A program made the position numbers and the translations under genes. This document shows, piece by piece, positions 10,835 through 22,694 of a DNA stretch of 64,000 bases. The notes under the pieces were generated by a model that saw nothing but the letters and a program-made list of their open reading frames with translations, made no database searches and was not told the DNA's origin. This stretch comes from Sedimentisphaerales bacterium (GTDB taxonomy: Bacteria; Planctomycetota; Phycisphaerae; Sedimentisphaerales; SM23-30): positions 192,001 through 256,000 of the forward strand of contig CAXXFK010000015.1 in the NCBI GenBank assembly GCA_963663965.2, read 5' to 3'. Position 1 is the stretch's first letter, and the number at the start of each line of letters is the position of its first letter.

Positions 10835-12664
10835 TTACAATTCAGGAACCGGACCCGCAATCACTTCATATTCACTGATCGTACTACGATCGCCCCTTAA
10901 GATATCCTTGCAAAGCATCGTCACTTTAGCCCCATTGCCATGGATATACCGGTTGGCAACCACTCGCTTATGCTGCTGTACCGCCCGATAACCAGCCAGA
11001 TTCTTTAGCGCTGCTGGCGAATTATCACTTGGTTTTTCACTAAACGCATCCATAATTTTCGCATCACCACAGCTTTGTTGCAAAAACAGATGCCCGACAA
11101 CCAGCATGATTGCCACATCAACAATCTTCCGGCCATATAAATCCATGTACTCAGTACCAGGCTGCTCCTTGACAAAATGGATCGCCTCAACCATTTCTTC
11201 ACGGCCTTTAACCAGAATGTCCGCCAGTTCGCGAACTTCTTGCGGATAGGCGAAAGTCTCCAGTTCCATCAGATATTTTTCCGCCGTACCGTTGCAAACG
11301 CCTCGTACCCCCGCCACAATCTGCAATTGACTGGTGCCTTCGTAAATCGTCGTGATACGCGCGTCACGAGTCAGACGTTCAACAGGATAATCCTTCATAT
11401 ACCCGCTGCCACCCAGCACCTGCATGGCGTCGTAACAAACCGAATTGCACATCTCACTGGCGTGATATTTACTTAACGGGGTCAGCATATCCGCCAACCG
11501 TTTAATCCGTTTGCTTTCCTGTTTCAGCGCCTTGACCTGCTCTTTGTCGGTCACTTCACCGCCTTCCAGCTTTTTCATTACGGCCACCATATGATCTACG
11601 GCCCAGCAGGTTTCATACGTCAAACTGCGTGAAACTTCCATCTCGATCTTCATGTCAACCAGCAGTTCTCTCACCGCCGGGAAATTTTCAATCGACATGC
11701 CAAACTGTTTACGGCTGAAACCATAATCGCGCGCCACCCGATAGGCCGCCTCGGCAATCCCCAGCGACTGAGCGGCGATTCCCACCCGGGCGCCGTTCAT
11801 CAAACTCATGACATAAGTGACCAGGCCGCGCTGGCGCTCGCCGATCAATTCACATGGAGTGTTCTTGTAAATCAATTCACAAGTGGGAGAACCGTGAATG
11901 CCCAGCTTATTTTCCAATCGGCGTACTCGCACCGTTTCATCACGGCGATTGACAAACAAACTCAGTCCCAACCCCCCACTGCGATCGGGTTCACTGCGGG
12001 CCAGGGTCAACAGCACCTCGCCGCAGCCGTTGGTAATAAACCGCTTCACGCCATTTAAATACCATTGACCATTGGCGTCTTGATGGGCGCGTAATTTCAC
12101 CGCTTGCAAATCACTGCCGGCATCCGGTTCCGTCAAGACCATGGCGCCGGTTGTTAAGCCTTCACAGAAATCCGGCAGATAGGCCTGCTTAATCTCATCG
12201 CTGGCAAACGCGTTGATCGTTTCGGCAATCCCCTGTAATCCAAAGATATTCATCAAGGCTGCGTCAGCACGGGACACGATTTCGGTTGCGATAGTATAAA
12301 TCAAATTCGGACAGTTCAATCCACCATATTGGTACGGCAGGGTAAATCCCATCACTTCAGCCTGTTTCAATCGAGCCAGGTTCTCCTGCATCCCCTTGGA
12401 ATAGGTTACAGTACCATCCTCGTTCAGATGGTTGCCTTCCTGGTCGATCCCTTCCGCGCGGGGCGCGATAAAATCACCGCTGATCTCACCCAGCGTATCC
12501 AACAGGCGATCATAGTTATCGACGGCGTCATCAGCATTTTCCGGCGCCCATTGATAGTTCTGGCTATCCGTATAATCCCCTTCCATCAAATCCGCCAGCT
12601 TGCGCATATCGTAATAGCGGAACAAAAATCGAATGTCATCGTTATCTAGATAAAAGTTTGCCAT
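10835..12664 (-). CDS. Acyl-CoA dehydrogenase
   Basis: MVLTEPDAGSDL, LNGVKRFITNG, KLGIHGSPT, RKQFG, IYEGTSQLQ. Confidence 0.93.
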   Translation of the reverse strand: MANFYLDNDDIRFLFRYYDMRKLADLMEGDYTDSQNYQWAPENADDAVDNYDRLLDTLGEISGDFIAPRAEGIDQEGNHLNEDGTVTYSKGMQENLARLKQAEVMGFTLPYQYGGLNCPNLIYTIATEIVSRADAALMNIFGLQGIAETINAFASDEIKQAYLPDFCEGLTTGAMVLTEPDAGSDLQAVKLRAHQDANGQWYLNGVKRFITNGCGEVLLTLARSEPDRSGGLGLSLFVNRRDETVRVRRLENKLGIHGSPTCELIYKNTPCELIGERQRGLVTYVMSLMNGARVGIAAQSLGIAEAAYRVARDYGFSRKQFGMSIENFPAVRELLVDMKIEMEVSRSLTYETCWAVDHMVAVMKKLEGGEVTDKEQVKALKQESKRIKRLADMLTPLSKYHASEMCNSVCYDAMQVLGGSGYMKDYPVERLTRDARITTIYEGTSQLQIVAGVRGVCNGTAEKYLMELETFAYPQEVRELADILVKGREEMVEAIHFVKEQPGTEYMDLYGRKIVDVAIMLVVGHLFLQQSCGDAKIMDAFSEKPSDNSPAALKNLAGYRAVQQHKRVVANRYIHGNGAKVTMLCKDILRGDRSTISEYEVIAGPVPEL

Positions 12665-12724
12665 TTTCAGACTCTTTCATATTAAAGGCGCTTTTGTCAT
12701 TTAAAGTATTGACACATAGGCCGG

Positions 12725-13753
12725 TTAAACACGTTCCCGAATCGCCCGGATCATCTTTGGAATGATCTCCTGATAATCACCTTTTATGCCATAATGAGCA
12801 ACGGAAAAAATTGGAGCGTCCGGATCATTGTTGATCGCGATAATCTTGCCGGAATCACTCATTCCCGCCACATGTTGCACCGCGCCGCTGATGCCGACAG
12901 CAATATACAACGCCGGCCGCACTGTCGTACCGGTCTGCCCGATTTGATGATCATGGTCAATATAACCCAGATCCACCGCTGCGCGGGATGCCCCCGGCGC
13001 GCCACCCAGCACATTAGCCAGATCCCAGACCAGCCGGAATCCATCCCTGCTGCCGATTCCCGCTCCCCCGGCCACAATTACCCGGGACGCTTTCAGGTTA
13101 ACCTTTCTGGGCGCGCGGTGATGTTCCAGAATCCGGATACAGGCATCGGCGGCATCCAGAATAACTGATTCTGAAACAATTTCCGCCTTTCCGTTACTAT
13201 TCTTTTCGGGCAAAGGCATGACCCCTTCACGAACCGTCGCCATCTGGGGCCAGCGATCGTAATTGACAATTGTTGCGATAATATTACCACCAAAAGCCGG
13301 CCGGATTTGCTGTAAAAGATTCTTGTGGACTTCTTTAGTCTTTGTCTCGACAAAGTCCTCAATCTGCAAATCGGTACAATCTGCCGTTAAGCCGGCTTTC
13401 ATTGCCGATGCCACGCGCGGCGCCAGATCCCTGCCAATCGCTGTCGCGCCATAAAGAACAATCTGGGGTTTATGTTTCCCGATCATTTGACAAAGCGCCT
13501 TGGTATAGGGAACCGTTTGATAATGATTCAGAACCGTATGCTCCAGCACATACACTTTATCTGGCCCATATGCAGCCAGGGTCTGGGGCATCATTCCAAG
13601 ATTATTGCCTGGCAAAACGGCCGCCAGTTTAACACCCAGTTTGTCAGCCAGTTCCCGTCCCCGGCCCAGTAATTCCAGCGACACCTCGTTCAGTTCGCCG
13701 TAAGCTTGCTCGGCAAACACCCATACATCGCCATTTCTATTCACTTCAATCAT
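12725..13753 (-). CDS. etfA: Electron transfer flavoprotein alpha subunit
   Basis: GLTADCT, RPAFGGN, QIGQTG, LYIAVGISGAVQH, IAINNDPDAPIF. Confidence 0.95.
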   Translation of the reverse strand: MIEVNRNGDVWVFAEQAYGELNEVSLELLGRGRELADKLGVKLAAVLPGNNLGMMPQTLAAYGPDKVYVLEHTVLNHYQTVPYTKALCQMIGKHKPQIVLYGATAIGRDLAPRVASAMKAGLTADCTDLQIEDFVETKTKEVHKNLLQQIRPAFGGNIIATIVNYDRWPQMATVREGVMPLPEKNSNGKAEIVSESVILDAADACIRILEHHRAPRKVNLKASRVIVAGGAGIGSRDGFRLVWDLANVLGGAPGASRAAVDLGYIDHDHQIGQTGTTVRPALYIAVGISGAVQHVAGMSDSGKIIAINNDPDAPIFSVAHYGIKGDYQEIIPKMIRAIRERV

Positions 13754-13817
13754 ATTAATTTCCTGTTACTACTCGGTTTATCCACAGTTTTTTTATCGAA
13801 TACACTGGTGCCCGGTA

Positions 13818-14690
13818 TTAACCAATGGTATGGTCTTCAATCAGTTCATGGACCATCTCGCGTATGGCAGCATCGGTTGGATCAATTTCTTTGTACTCAG
13901 TAGCTGTCAGTACAACACTTTGAATCCGATTCACTTTGGTGGGACTGCCATCCCGGCCGCACCACCGTAAATCTGCTTCCAGATAATCCAGATCCCATTG
14001 TTCCAGTAATAAGCCTTGCTCACGATACTGAGTAATCTCTTCGGCACTGGCGCCCTGACGCTCTAACTCTGATTGAGACCGCATTTTCTTACAGTACATC
14101 ATCTTACGCGCGGCTTGCGGCCGGGGCTCATTGGCCGTATCCATCACTGTCAATAAAATTGGCAACTGTCCCTCGACCAGTTCCCAGCCATTTCCAATAG
14201 TTCGTTTGGCAACCAGGATATCGCCATCCAGCTTCTCCAGGGCTTCTACATAGGTAATCTGCGGTATACCCAGTTTCTCTGCTGTTTGCGGTCCTACCTG
14301 GGCCGTATCGCCATCGATAGCCTGACGTCCACATAATACCATATCATACTTATCCAGCTTCTTTAACGCGCAACTTAGAATATAGCTGGTCGCAAGGGTA
14401 TCGCTGGCGGCACAACGACGATCTGTTATCAATATCGCTCGATCTGCGCCCCGATACAACGACTCCCGTAAAATCTCACAAGCCGTTGGCAAACCCATGG
14501 TAATAACGGTCACAGTCCCGCCGAACCGCTCTTTAACTTGCAACGCTAATTCTAATGCGTTTAAATCTTCCGGATTAAAGATCGCCGGTAAAGCGCCGCG
14601 ATTGACAGTTCCGTCATCATTCATCGCTTTTCCAGTAACTGCTTTGGTATCCGGAACCTGTTTGGCTAATACAACACAATGATATGCCAT
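13818..14690 (-). CDS. etfB: Electron transfer flavoprotein beta subunit
   Basis: KQVPDT, NPEDLNALE, DTLATS, GRQAIDGDTAQVGP; start placed at ATG 14690. Confidence 0.95.
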   Translation of the reverse strand: MAYHCVVLAKQVPDTKAVTGKAMNDDGTVNRGALPAIFNPEDLNALELALQVKERFGGTVTVITMGLPTACEILRESLYRGADRAILITDRRCAASDTLATSYILSCALKKLDKYDMVLCGRQAIDGDTAQVGPQTAEKLGIPQITYVEALEKLDGDILVAKRTIGNGWELVEGQLPILLTVMDTANEPRPQAARKMMYCKKMRSQSELERQGASAEEITQYREQGLLLEQWDLDYLEADLRWCGRDGSPTKVNRIQSVVLTATEYKEIDPTDAAIREMVHELIEDHTIG

Positions 14691-15021
14691 AATCGTGTAA
14701 TCTCCTGTCGTTAAAAATAAGCCCCATACTTTATACAATCAGAAATTCCCTGTCAACCCCCCGGAAACGTCACGTAACACTTTTTTTGCAATTATTGATT
14801 CGAATCGCAAAAACTTTTCACAGAATTATAAATTAATTAATTAATCATTTAACTTGTCGCGTAATTGTATTTCTGCCAGAAATAATCCCACCCTGAAACA
14901 GACCACAAAAATTTACTTTTACAAACCCGTATAAAATGACTATACTCTTACATCATAATTCCGACCGGCAGGAGTCAGGCCGATCGTATTTACACAATAA
15001 GCTATTTAAATCAAATAAGTT

Positions 15022-15855
15022 ATGATTGTAGATTGTCATACTCATATCTGGCCGGACCGTGCTGCCATTGGGCGGGCTGCAGATTTTTCCTGCCTGTGTA
15101 CACCGAATGTTACTCAGGCCTGCACAAACTCACATATCGAAGCGATGGATCATGCCGACAGGGCAATCGTCCTGGGCTTCGCCAGTAAATTTTTACAGGC
15201 CGAAATCTCCAATGTTCTCCTAAAAAATTATGTTCAACAGCATCCTGGCAAACTCATCGGTTTTGCCGGTCTGGATCCTCTTGATACGGAAGATCCCATT
15301 GGAACGCTTGAAACCCTCCATCTGGACGGTTTCAAAGGAGTTGTTTTATGTCCTGCCTGCCAGAGTTGTCATCCCTGCGATGTCCAGGCCATGCTGGTTT
15401 ACGAAGCCGCTGAAAAATTGAACATGCCGGTTTACTTCCTCTATGGCCAGAACCTGCCCCGCCAAGCTTGCCTGGAATATGCCAATCCGACCCCACTGGA
15501 TGAAATCGGACGCCGTTTCCCCGATCTCAAAATGATCATTTCCCACCTGGGCTTCCCTTATATCGAAGAGACCATCGCTATCCTGGCCAAAAATCCAAAT
15601 GTCTTCGCCGATGTGTCCGGTCTATCTAATAAGCAATGGCAGGCCTATCGCAGCCTGACTCTGGCTTATGAATACGGCGTGATCGAAAAGCTGCTTTTCG
15701 GTAGCGATTTCCCTAACTTTTCAGTAAAAGAATCAATTGAGGCCCTCTACAATCTCAATAAGATTGGCCTGAACTCCGTCCTGCCTGCCGTGCCGAGAGA
15801 ACTGCTCCGGGGTATTGTTGAGCGTGACAGCATAACCTTACTGGGTTTAGATTGA
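15022..15855 (+). CDS. Amidohydrolase-2 family metal-dependent hydrolase
   Basis: IVDCHTH, HLGFP, NVFADVS, LLFGSDFP. Confidence 0.88.
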   Translation: MIVDCHTHIWPDRAAIGRAADFSCLCTPNVTQACTNSHIEAMDHADRAIVLGFASKFLQAEISNVLLKNYVQQHPGKLIGFAGLDPLDTEDPIGTLETLHLDGFKGVVLCPACQSCHPCDVQAMLVYEAAEKLNMPVYFLYGQNLPRQACLEYANPTPLDEIGRRFPDLKMIISHLGFPYIEETIAILAKNPNVFADVSGLSNKQWQAYRSLTLAYEYGVIEKLLFGSDFPNFSVKESIEALYNLNKIGLNSVLPAVPRELLRGIVERDSITLLGLD

Positions 15856-15993
15856 TACGATTGATGCCTAATAGTTTCTGAAGGGTTATCGGAAACGATA
15901 ATCTTGGACTGAATGCCGGCTTTCATCTAAACTAGGCTCATTTTACCCGAAATGCTTGAATACCCTTTTTGGCATTTTTAACTGAATAACATT

Positions 15994-17514
15994 ATGAAAG
16001 AACAAAGAGAAAACTGGGGTTCGCGCGCCGGCTTCATCCTGGCTGCCATTGGCTCCGCCGTTGGCCTGGGCAATGTCTGGCGCTTTCCTCATGAAGCCTA
16101 CAGCAGCGGCGGCAGCGCTTTCCTGGTCCCTTACATCATTGCCATGCTCGTCATCGGAATCCCGCTCCTCATTGCGGAGTTTTCCCTGGGGCACCTGACT
16201 CAACAGGCCTCCCCTAAGGCATTTGCCCGGATTGGCGCCCGATGGGAATTCGTGGGCTGGTGGCCGATCATTCTCAGTTCGATAATTGTCTGCTATTATT
16301 CCGCTGTGCTGGCTTGGACACTGAACTATCTGGTGTTCAGTTTCCAGACCCCCCTGCCCTGGGCCAATAATCCTGATAGCTTTTTTTACGACACGTTTCT
16401 AAAATTTAACAAATCTCATGCCATCGGCTCCCTGCAATGGCCGATCGTCATTTCTCTGGCGGCTATCTGGATCATCATGTTTCTATGTATTTTTAAAGGG
16501 GTTAAGATCGTCAGTAAAATCGTCCTGTGGACCGTTCCCATCCCTTGGATCATGCTACTGATTCTGATGTTCCGGGGAATTACTCTGAATGGAGCGATTC
16601 AGGGACTGGAATATTTTCTGGAACCGGATTGGTCCCGTTTAGCCGATTCCCAGGTCTGGCGCGCGGCCTTTGGCCAGGTCTTTTTCTCCCTGACCATCGC
16701 GTTCGGCGTCATGATTACATACGCCAGCTTCCTGCACCGCAAAAGCGACCTCAATAATAACGCTATGATTATCGCTCTGGCGGACCTGGCTACCAGTATC
16801 ATCGCTGGAATCGCTGTTTTTGCCACCATGGGCGCCCTGGCTCATAATAACGGTAAACCGGTTCACGAAGTCCTTGAAGGCAGTAAATCACTCGGACTGG
16901 CATTCGTTGCTTTTCCTGAAGCCCTCTCTAACTTACCATTTGCCCACATCTTCTCCGCCATATTCTTTATTGCACTGATCCTGCTCGGGATCGACTCCGC
17001 TTTCTCCATGACCGAGGCGACCCTTGCCAGTTTAATTGATAAAACCAGCTGGAAACGAACGACCATTCTCGCAGTAATGTCACTGGTTGGTTTTGGCATT
17101 GGTTTACTTTTTACCAGTGAAGGCGGTCTGTCCTGGCTGGATACCATCGACCGCACCGTCAACGAAGGCACTTGGGGCATTATGTTCGTCGGATTAATCG
17201 AATGCCTCGTCATCGGCTGGGCTTTCGACCTGAAAAAACTGCGCGATCATACTAACCGTCACAGCGACTGGAAACTGGGGGTCTGGTGGGAATGGGCGAT
17301 TAAACTAATTATTCCCGCCATTTTATTGAGCTTAATTGGCTGGAGTTTCTGGGATGATCTCCATCGCAAAGAGGGTTATCTCATTGATCCCCAAGGCAAA
17401 CTCATCGGTACTGATGTACTGAATATCGCACTGTCTTTCATAATCTTGTTGGTTTCTATTATTTTGGGACTCTGGCAACCTGACAAAACAAAACAGATCG
17501 TTGAATATGATTAA
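15994..17514 (+). CDS. Sodium-dependent NSS/SNF family amino-acid transporter
   Basis: RENWGSRAGF, GSAVGLGNVWRFP, QVFFSL, GLAFVAFP; many TM helices. Confidence 0.93.
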   Translation: MKEQRENWGSRAGFILAAIGSAVGLGNVWRFPHEAYSSGGSAFLVPYIIAMLVIGIPLLIAEFSLGHLTQQASPKAFARIGARWEFVGWWPIILSSIIVCYYSAVLAWTLNYLVFSFQTPLPWANNPDSFFYDTFLKFNKSHAIGSLQWPIVISLAAIWIIMFLCIFKGVKIVSKIVLWTVPIPWIMLLILMFRGITLNGAIQGLEYFLEPDWSRLADSQVWRAAFGQVFFSLTIAFGVMITYASFLHRKSDLNNNAMIIALADLATSIIAGIAVFATMGALAHNNGKPVHEVLEGSKSLGLAFVAFPEALSNLPFAHIFSAIFFIALILLGIDSAFSMTEATLASLIDKTSWKRTTILAVMSLVGFGIGLLFTSEGGLSWLDTIDRTVNEGTWGIMFVGLIECLVIGWAFDLKKLRDHTNRHSDWKLGVWWEWAIKLIIPAILLSLIGWSFWDDLHRKEGYLIDPQGKLIGTDVLNIALSFIILLVSIILGLWQPDKTKQIVEYD

Positions 17515-17716
17515 TTTACTGGCATCCATCGAAGCATCCACCCCTGATATCCAGGACACCGCCAGACATGTTTATGATGGCAAACTGGACCCGATTGCCT
17601 GGATCATCATTGGCATTATTTTTATTATGATCGCCGGCGGATTAAGCTGGTGCTTTTATCGCGCGATTACTGCCGCCAAAACCGACTACCAGGAACAGTT
17701 ACCCGACGAAATTTAA
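17507..17716 (+). CDS. Small membrane protein, MetS-like NSS transporter accessory subunit
   Basis: Single TM helix with GGLSWC; overlaps the transporter stop. Confidence 0.55.
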   Translation: MINLLASIEASTPDIQDTARHVYDGKLDPIAWIIIGIIFIMIAGGLSWCFYRAITAAKTDYQEQLPDEI

Positions 17717-17718
17717 CT

Positions 17719-18147
17719 ATGATATACCGTTTGTGTTGCCTGCTTGCTCTTTTATGGACGCTGACACTGACTGGCTGCGTGGAACGGGTCATTTATATCG
17801 ACACTGAACCCTCTGGCGCCACCGTCTGGCTCAACGATCAGGAAATCGGTTCGACCCCCTTGAAAACCGGCTTCCTTTTCTACGGCGATTATGATGTTAC
17901 CATCCGAAAAGAAAATTACGAACCGATCAAAACCCACCAACGTACCCCCAGACCCTTTTATGAGATTCTCGGACTTGATTTCATAACTGAAGTATTGATC
18001 CCCTTTACGATCACTGACGAGCATAAGTGGCAATTTGAATTACAGCCGCTCAATTCAGACAAAGAGGCCCTGCTGCAAAACGCGCTTCAAATGTCCAGTG
18101 AGCACAAACCCGTTGAATCCAATGAACATACCCAGGATTCATTTTAA
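17719..18147 (+). CDS. PEGA-domain lipoprotein
   Basis: Lipobox LTGC; IDTEPSGATVWLNDQEIGSTP PEGA-like motif. Confidence 0.75.
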   Translation: MIYRLCCLLALLWTLTLTGCVERVIYIDTEPSGATVWLNDQEIGSTPLKTGFLFYGDYDVTIRKENYEPIKTHQRTPRPFYEILGLDFITEVLIPFTITDEHKWQFELQPLNSDKEALLQNALQMSSEHKPVESNEHTQDSF

Positions 18148-18510
18148 TAGTACCCCATCAGATGTCTGCAAATCAACTCCCTTCGGGCTTGATCTCTGAA
18201 TAAACCGGGCTGGCCGGAATGTTAAATTCACCCACAGGATCTGGATGGGCCGGATCAAACGGAGATAATTCATCGATGATCTGGTTGGCCAATTCAGGAA
18301 TCGTGGCTTTGATGCCCTCCACAACACATTTGGCCAACTCATAAGCGCCATAGGCGTTATGGTGAGTACCATCCACAAACGCTTTGGCGGACTCTTCCGG
18401 CCCCAGGGCTTCATAGAATTTACGGCTCATGGCGTGCAGGTCGATCAGCGGGACATTCTGCTCCCGCGCCAGCGCTATCATGGCTTCAGGAAATCCCTGC
18501 ATGGTATCTA

Positions 18511-20338
18511 GAGCCTGTCCGTAGCTTTAACCCTATAGATTTCAAAAGATTATGTAAAAGAGTCGGAGTTATAGCGTGCTATTTTGGGTCAAAACCGTAA
18601 AATAGGTGTGTTATAAAATGTTTTGCGAATCATTTTTCCTTAAAAAAGGGAACACACCTATGCCAGAGATTTTACCCGTTCAGCAGTTGTTTGACAAAGG
18701 TATTCCGGAAGAATTTGGCTGTCTGGAGTATCGCCAGGAACGCCAGCAGTTGCTGGCCATGGACCAGATCATCCGCCACAGCGATCTGGAGCAGTTGTTT
18801 CTCCAGTATTTTCTCGACAAAGCTTACGCTGAAATGGCCATCGAGTACTTTGGCACTGACACGCCGGTTAAATTAACCCATACGGATCGCATGAATATTC
18901 GTGCCCAGGCCGTTTGGGCGTTACGGATGTCGATCCTGCGTAAGCGGCTGGGTTTGTCGTTGCGTAAATTTGCCGTGGCCTTGTCTCATAGCGAACTGTA
19001 TCAGTGGTTTTGCGGCATTAACCGCTTTGATCTGCCCCGGATCCCCGGCAAAACCAGAATCAACGAGTTGGAAAACGCGCTTTCGCCTCAGTTAATCGCT
19101 CAGGCGGAAGAACTGTTTTTTCAAGTGGCCCAGGGTTCGGTTGTTTTGGAGGACCCCCTGGATTTCAGTCAGGCTTATTTTGACTGTACCTGCATTGGCG
19201 CCCACATTCATTATCCGATCGACTGGCTGCTGTTTAGAGATGCGACCCGTACCTTGATGAAGGCGACGGCCCGTATTCGTAAAGCCGGGATCCTGTGTCG
19301 CATGCCTTGCGAGCCGGCTAAGTTTATTTCAAACATGAATAAGCTCTGCATGGAGATGACCTATGTTAACCGCAAAAAGGGCGCGAAAAAACTGCGTAAA
19401 GCGGTTTTGCGAAAGATGAAAAAACTGATCCGGCGGGTCTTGAATCATGCGGAAAATCATCTGAAAAACCTGGAAAACCACTGGAAAAAGGCCGATATCG
19501 CTCTCGGTTCCGTCCGGCAAATCGTCAAACAGATTACCGGCGTGACCTGTCAGTTGGCCGCCGTGGTCAGGCAGGCTCACGAACGCATGATCGGCGAACG
19601 CAAGGTTGCCAATCCAGACAAGATCTTGAGCCTTTACGAGCCGGATATCCATGTGATCGTGCGCCGCAAGGCCGGCGCGGAGACGGAATTTGGCAACCAA
19701 CTTTATCTGGCCGAACAATCCAATGGCTTAATCATGGACTGGAAGTTATTTCGTCAGCAAGGTCCCAGCGATGAAAAAATGCTTAAAGCCAGCCACCGGC
19801 GTATGGAAGAGAAGCTTGGTAATCAAGTCAAGCTGTTGGCCGGCGATCGGGGCTTCGACAGCGCCGGGAATCGCCAATACATGGAAAGTCACGATATTTT
19901 TAATGCGGTTTGTCCGCTCAGCCCGGCCTTGCTGAAGGAAAGGCTTCAGGAAGAGCCGTTCCGGCAGGCTCAGACTCGCCGCAGTCAGACCGAAGCCCGA
20001 ATCAGCATCCTGAGCCATGGTTTTTGCGGGGCGCCCATGAAACAAAAAGGCTTTGATCACCGCCAAGTCCATATGGGCCTGAGCATTTTATCGCACAACC
20101 TCTGGGTATTGGCCAGAATTAAGCTGGCTCAAGAGGAAGAACGGGAAAAAGAACGACAAAAAGTGGCTTAAAACCACCCCGGCTTGCCCTGTTTATGGGG
20201 CTACTATGCGCAGAAATCGGAAAATCACCCGCTGAACGAAAATAACCTGGACGCCAGCCGTCATCTACTGATGATACGATTGAAAATCCGTCCTCCCAAA
20301 ACCGCGGCTCACAAAATCCAAGAATTGCGGACAGGCTC
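18511..20338 (+). mobile_element. Insertion sequence (IS5/ISNCY-like DDE), 1,828 bp
   Basis: Terminal IRs GAGCCTGTCCG / CGGACAGGCTC; flanking direct repeat TATCTA. Confidence 0.92.
18660..20171 (+). CDS. DDE transposase
   Basis: DCT..IHYPID, KILSLYEP..EFGN, GDRGF, RRSQTEARIS; lies inside the IRs. Confidence 0.88.
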   Translation: MPEILPVQQLFDKGIPEEFGCLEYRQERQQLLAMDQIIRHSDLEQLFLQYFLDKAYAEMAIEYFGTDTPVKLTHTDRMNIRAQAVWALRMSILRKRLGLSLRKFAVALSHSELYQWFCGINRFDLPRIPGKTRINELENALSPQLIAQAEELFFQVAQGSVVLEDPLDFSQAYFDCTCIGAHIHYPIDWLLFRDATRTLMKATARIRKAGILCRMPCEPAKFISNMNKLCMEMTYVNRKKGAKKLRKAVLRKMKKLIRRVLNHAENHLKNLENHWKKADIALGSVRQIVKQITGVTCQLAAVVRQAHERMIGERKVANPDKILSLYEPDIHVIVRRKAGAETEFGNQLYLAEQSNGLIMDWKLFRQQGPSDEKMLKASHRRMEEKLGNQVKLLAGDRGFDSAGNRQYMESHDIFNAVCPLSPALLKERLQEEPFRQAQTRRSQTEARISILSHGFCGAPMKQKGFDHRQVHMGLSILSHNLWVLARIKLAQEEEREKERQKVA

Positions 20339-22694
20339 TATCTACGACATGACCCGTTTCATCAAACCGGCGTCGATGCATGGAGGTGACCAGAACCGGA
20401 TGAGCGCCTCGATTCCGTGCTTCATCAATAAACTGTCTGAGAGAATCCTGATAACCAACTTCCTCGGGGGTTCCCCGCTTCATGTCATTATGGGCAAACT
20501 GGATAAATAAATAATCGCCGGCTTTGATCTGCGTCAACAGTTTTTCCAAACGTCGCTCACCCACAAACGCTTTCAGCGTTTCCCCCGATTCCGCGTAATT
20601 GGCAATACCGATATCTGGCTTGAAAAAACACGTCAGCATCTGACCCCATGATGTCCAGGGTTCTTTTGTCTGGTCAGTCACGGTTGAATCCCCCGCCAGA
20701 AACAGGGTAGTCACGTGATCGGCTTTTTCTATCTCGATGCTACAGACAGAAGGCTGCGTGCCATTCAATTCCAGAGTCAGGCTGTCATCCCAGTGCAAAA
20801 CGCCAACCTCCCGGCTTTTCAACTTTACTGAACGCCCTTCGGGAAGTCGGCTGTTTCGAATATTGACTATAAAGGAGCGGAGGATCGTGTTACCGGGAAC
20901 TATTTTAAGATTATCCAGCATCAGCCGGCGTGATTCCGCCTTGACAGTCGTATTAGCCAACGTATTGCCACTAAAAGTAATCGTCACAAGGTAGTTGCCT
21001 TCTTCGGGCACATCAACTGAAAACATAAACGGCTTGTCACTCGTGCAGAAATCCCCTCTCATGGCGTCAGTCATATTCCGCTTGCCAGTGACCATATCGG
21101 CGCCGGGGAGAAAGCCATAGCCTCGTTGAGGTGTGTATTGCGTATCTGAGCTTACTGGCGTATAGCCATCGGCTACACGACCTGAACCAAAATCGAATTT
21201 CCAGAATAGACCTGTCTCGGATAAGACCTTCATCGAATTTATCTTGGAATCCTGCTGGGCATCGCCAAACTTTTTATCACCGAGTTGACTGTTATTTATC
21301 TGAACATTTTCAGCATATTTAATCTCTATGGCTTTTTGAGTAATTTCATTGAGTGCAACATTTTCTAGTTGAATATCGCGAATCGGCTCTTCCGCATCGC
21401 CGTGTATCCATAGGCCATATTCAGCCTTGTCAGCCCGGATATTTTTTAACTGGATATTTCTGATTTTCGTTAAGCGTTTTTCATAAGTCGGCACCAGATC
21501 CCGCCACTGGTACAGGACATCGGTGTCGATCTCCAGAATGGCCTTGGCGGGTTGAGTGCCGTGAAACTGAATGTTGTCAACAAAGATATTTTCAACAAAA
21601 CCACCCCGGCGATGATTGGTCTTGATCAGTACACAACTGCGGACAAATCCTTCGTAGGGTTGATAATCGCAATCGTACATATAAACATTCCTGACCCCTC
21701 CGGACATTTCGCTGCCAATAGCCAGCAGGTTATGGCCCAGGATCACCTTGCAATGACGGATAACAATATTTTCACTGCACTTGCCAATACGCCAGGCATC
21801 CTGATTCCGGCCGGCTTTTATGACGATGGGATCGTCACCCTGGTCAAACTGGCAATATTCGATCAGAACATTTTTGCAGAATTCCGGATCAATACCGTCC
21901 GTATTATGGCCCCGGCAGCGAACATCAATGCCACGAACAATGACATTTTCACACAGAACCGGATGCACGGTCCAGAATGGACTGTTTCTTATTGTGACAT
22001 CTTCGATCAGGACATTCCTGCAACGATTTATCTGAATAAATTGCGGCCGCAGATTGATATGATCTCTGACCATATTCCGTTCCCGGACCGGAACGTTTTG
22101 GGCGGCCATTTCATACAGTTCCTTCAATCCCTGCATGTGGGCCGCCGGCCGGTCCATCCATTTTTTCCAGTGGTCCTGAACACAAGTGAGCTGCCCCTTG
22201 CCGGTTATCGCGACATTTTCACATTGATAGGCGTAAATCAGGGGGGAATAGTTATAGCATTCCAAGCCTTCCCAGGTGGTATGCACCACCGGCAGGTAAT
22301 CAGCCGGATCGTCAGAAAAAATCAGTTCAGCCCCTTGATCCACACGGAGGTTAACATTACTTTTCAAATGGACCGTGCCAGTCAGCCATTTCCCTGCAGG
22401 CACAATAACAAAGCCCCCTCCGGCATTATGACAGGCATCGATAGCCTTGGCAATGGCATCGGTGTTTTTGACATTGCCACCTTCCTGAGCGCCGTAATCC
22501 CTGATATTGTACTGCTGGTCCTGAAATGGCGGGCGCTGGATTGCGGGCATGATAAAAGGTGCTTGAATCGGTTGAATTTCAGCAGGAATATCTGCAGTAA
22601 CTCTATTATTGGCATATGTTAATGTAGAAATAATACTGACTAAGCCAAAGATGATATATTGATAACTAATATTCATATTATTGCTCTCTGACAT

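Larger units (their letters stand above)
18173..22694 (-). pseudogene. GH28 polygalacturonase fused to SGNH rhamnogalacturonan-acetylesterase-like domain, interrupted by an IS
   Basis: GH28 NTDG/GDD/IGS motifs; GDST and FAHND in the 5' part, DGTH in the 3' part; deleting the IS plus one duplication restores HVVD-TMQGFP (895 aa). Confidence 0.88.
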
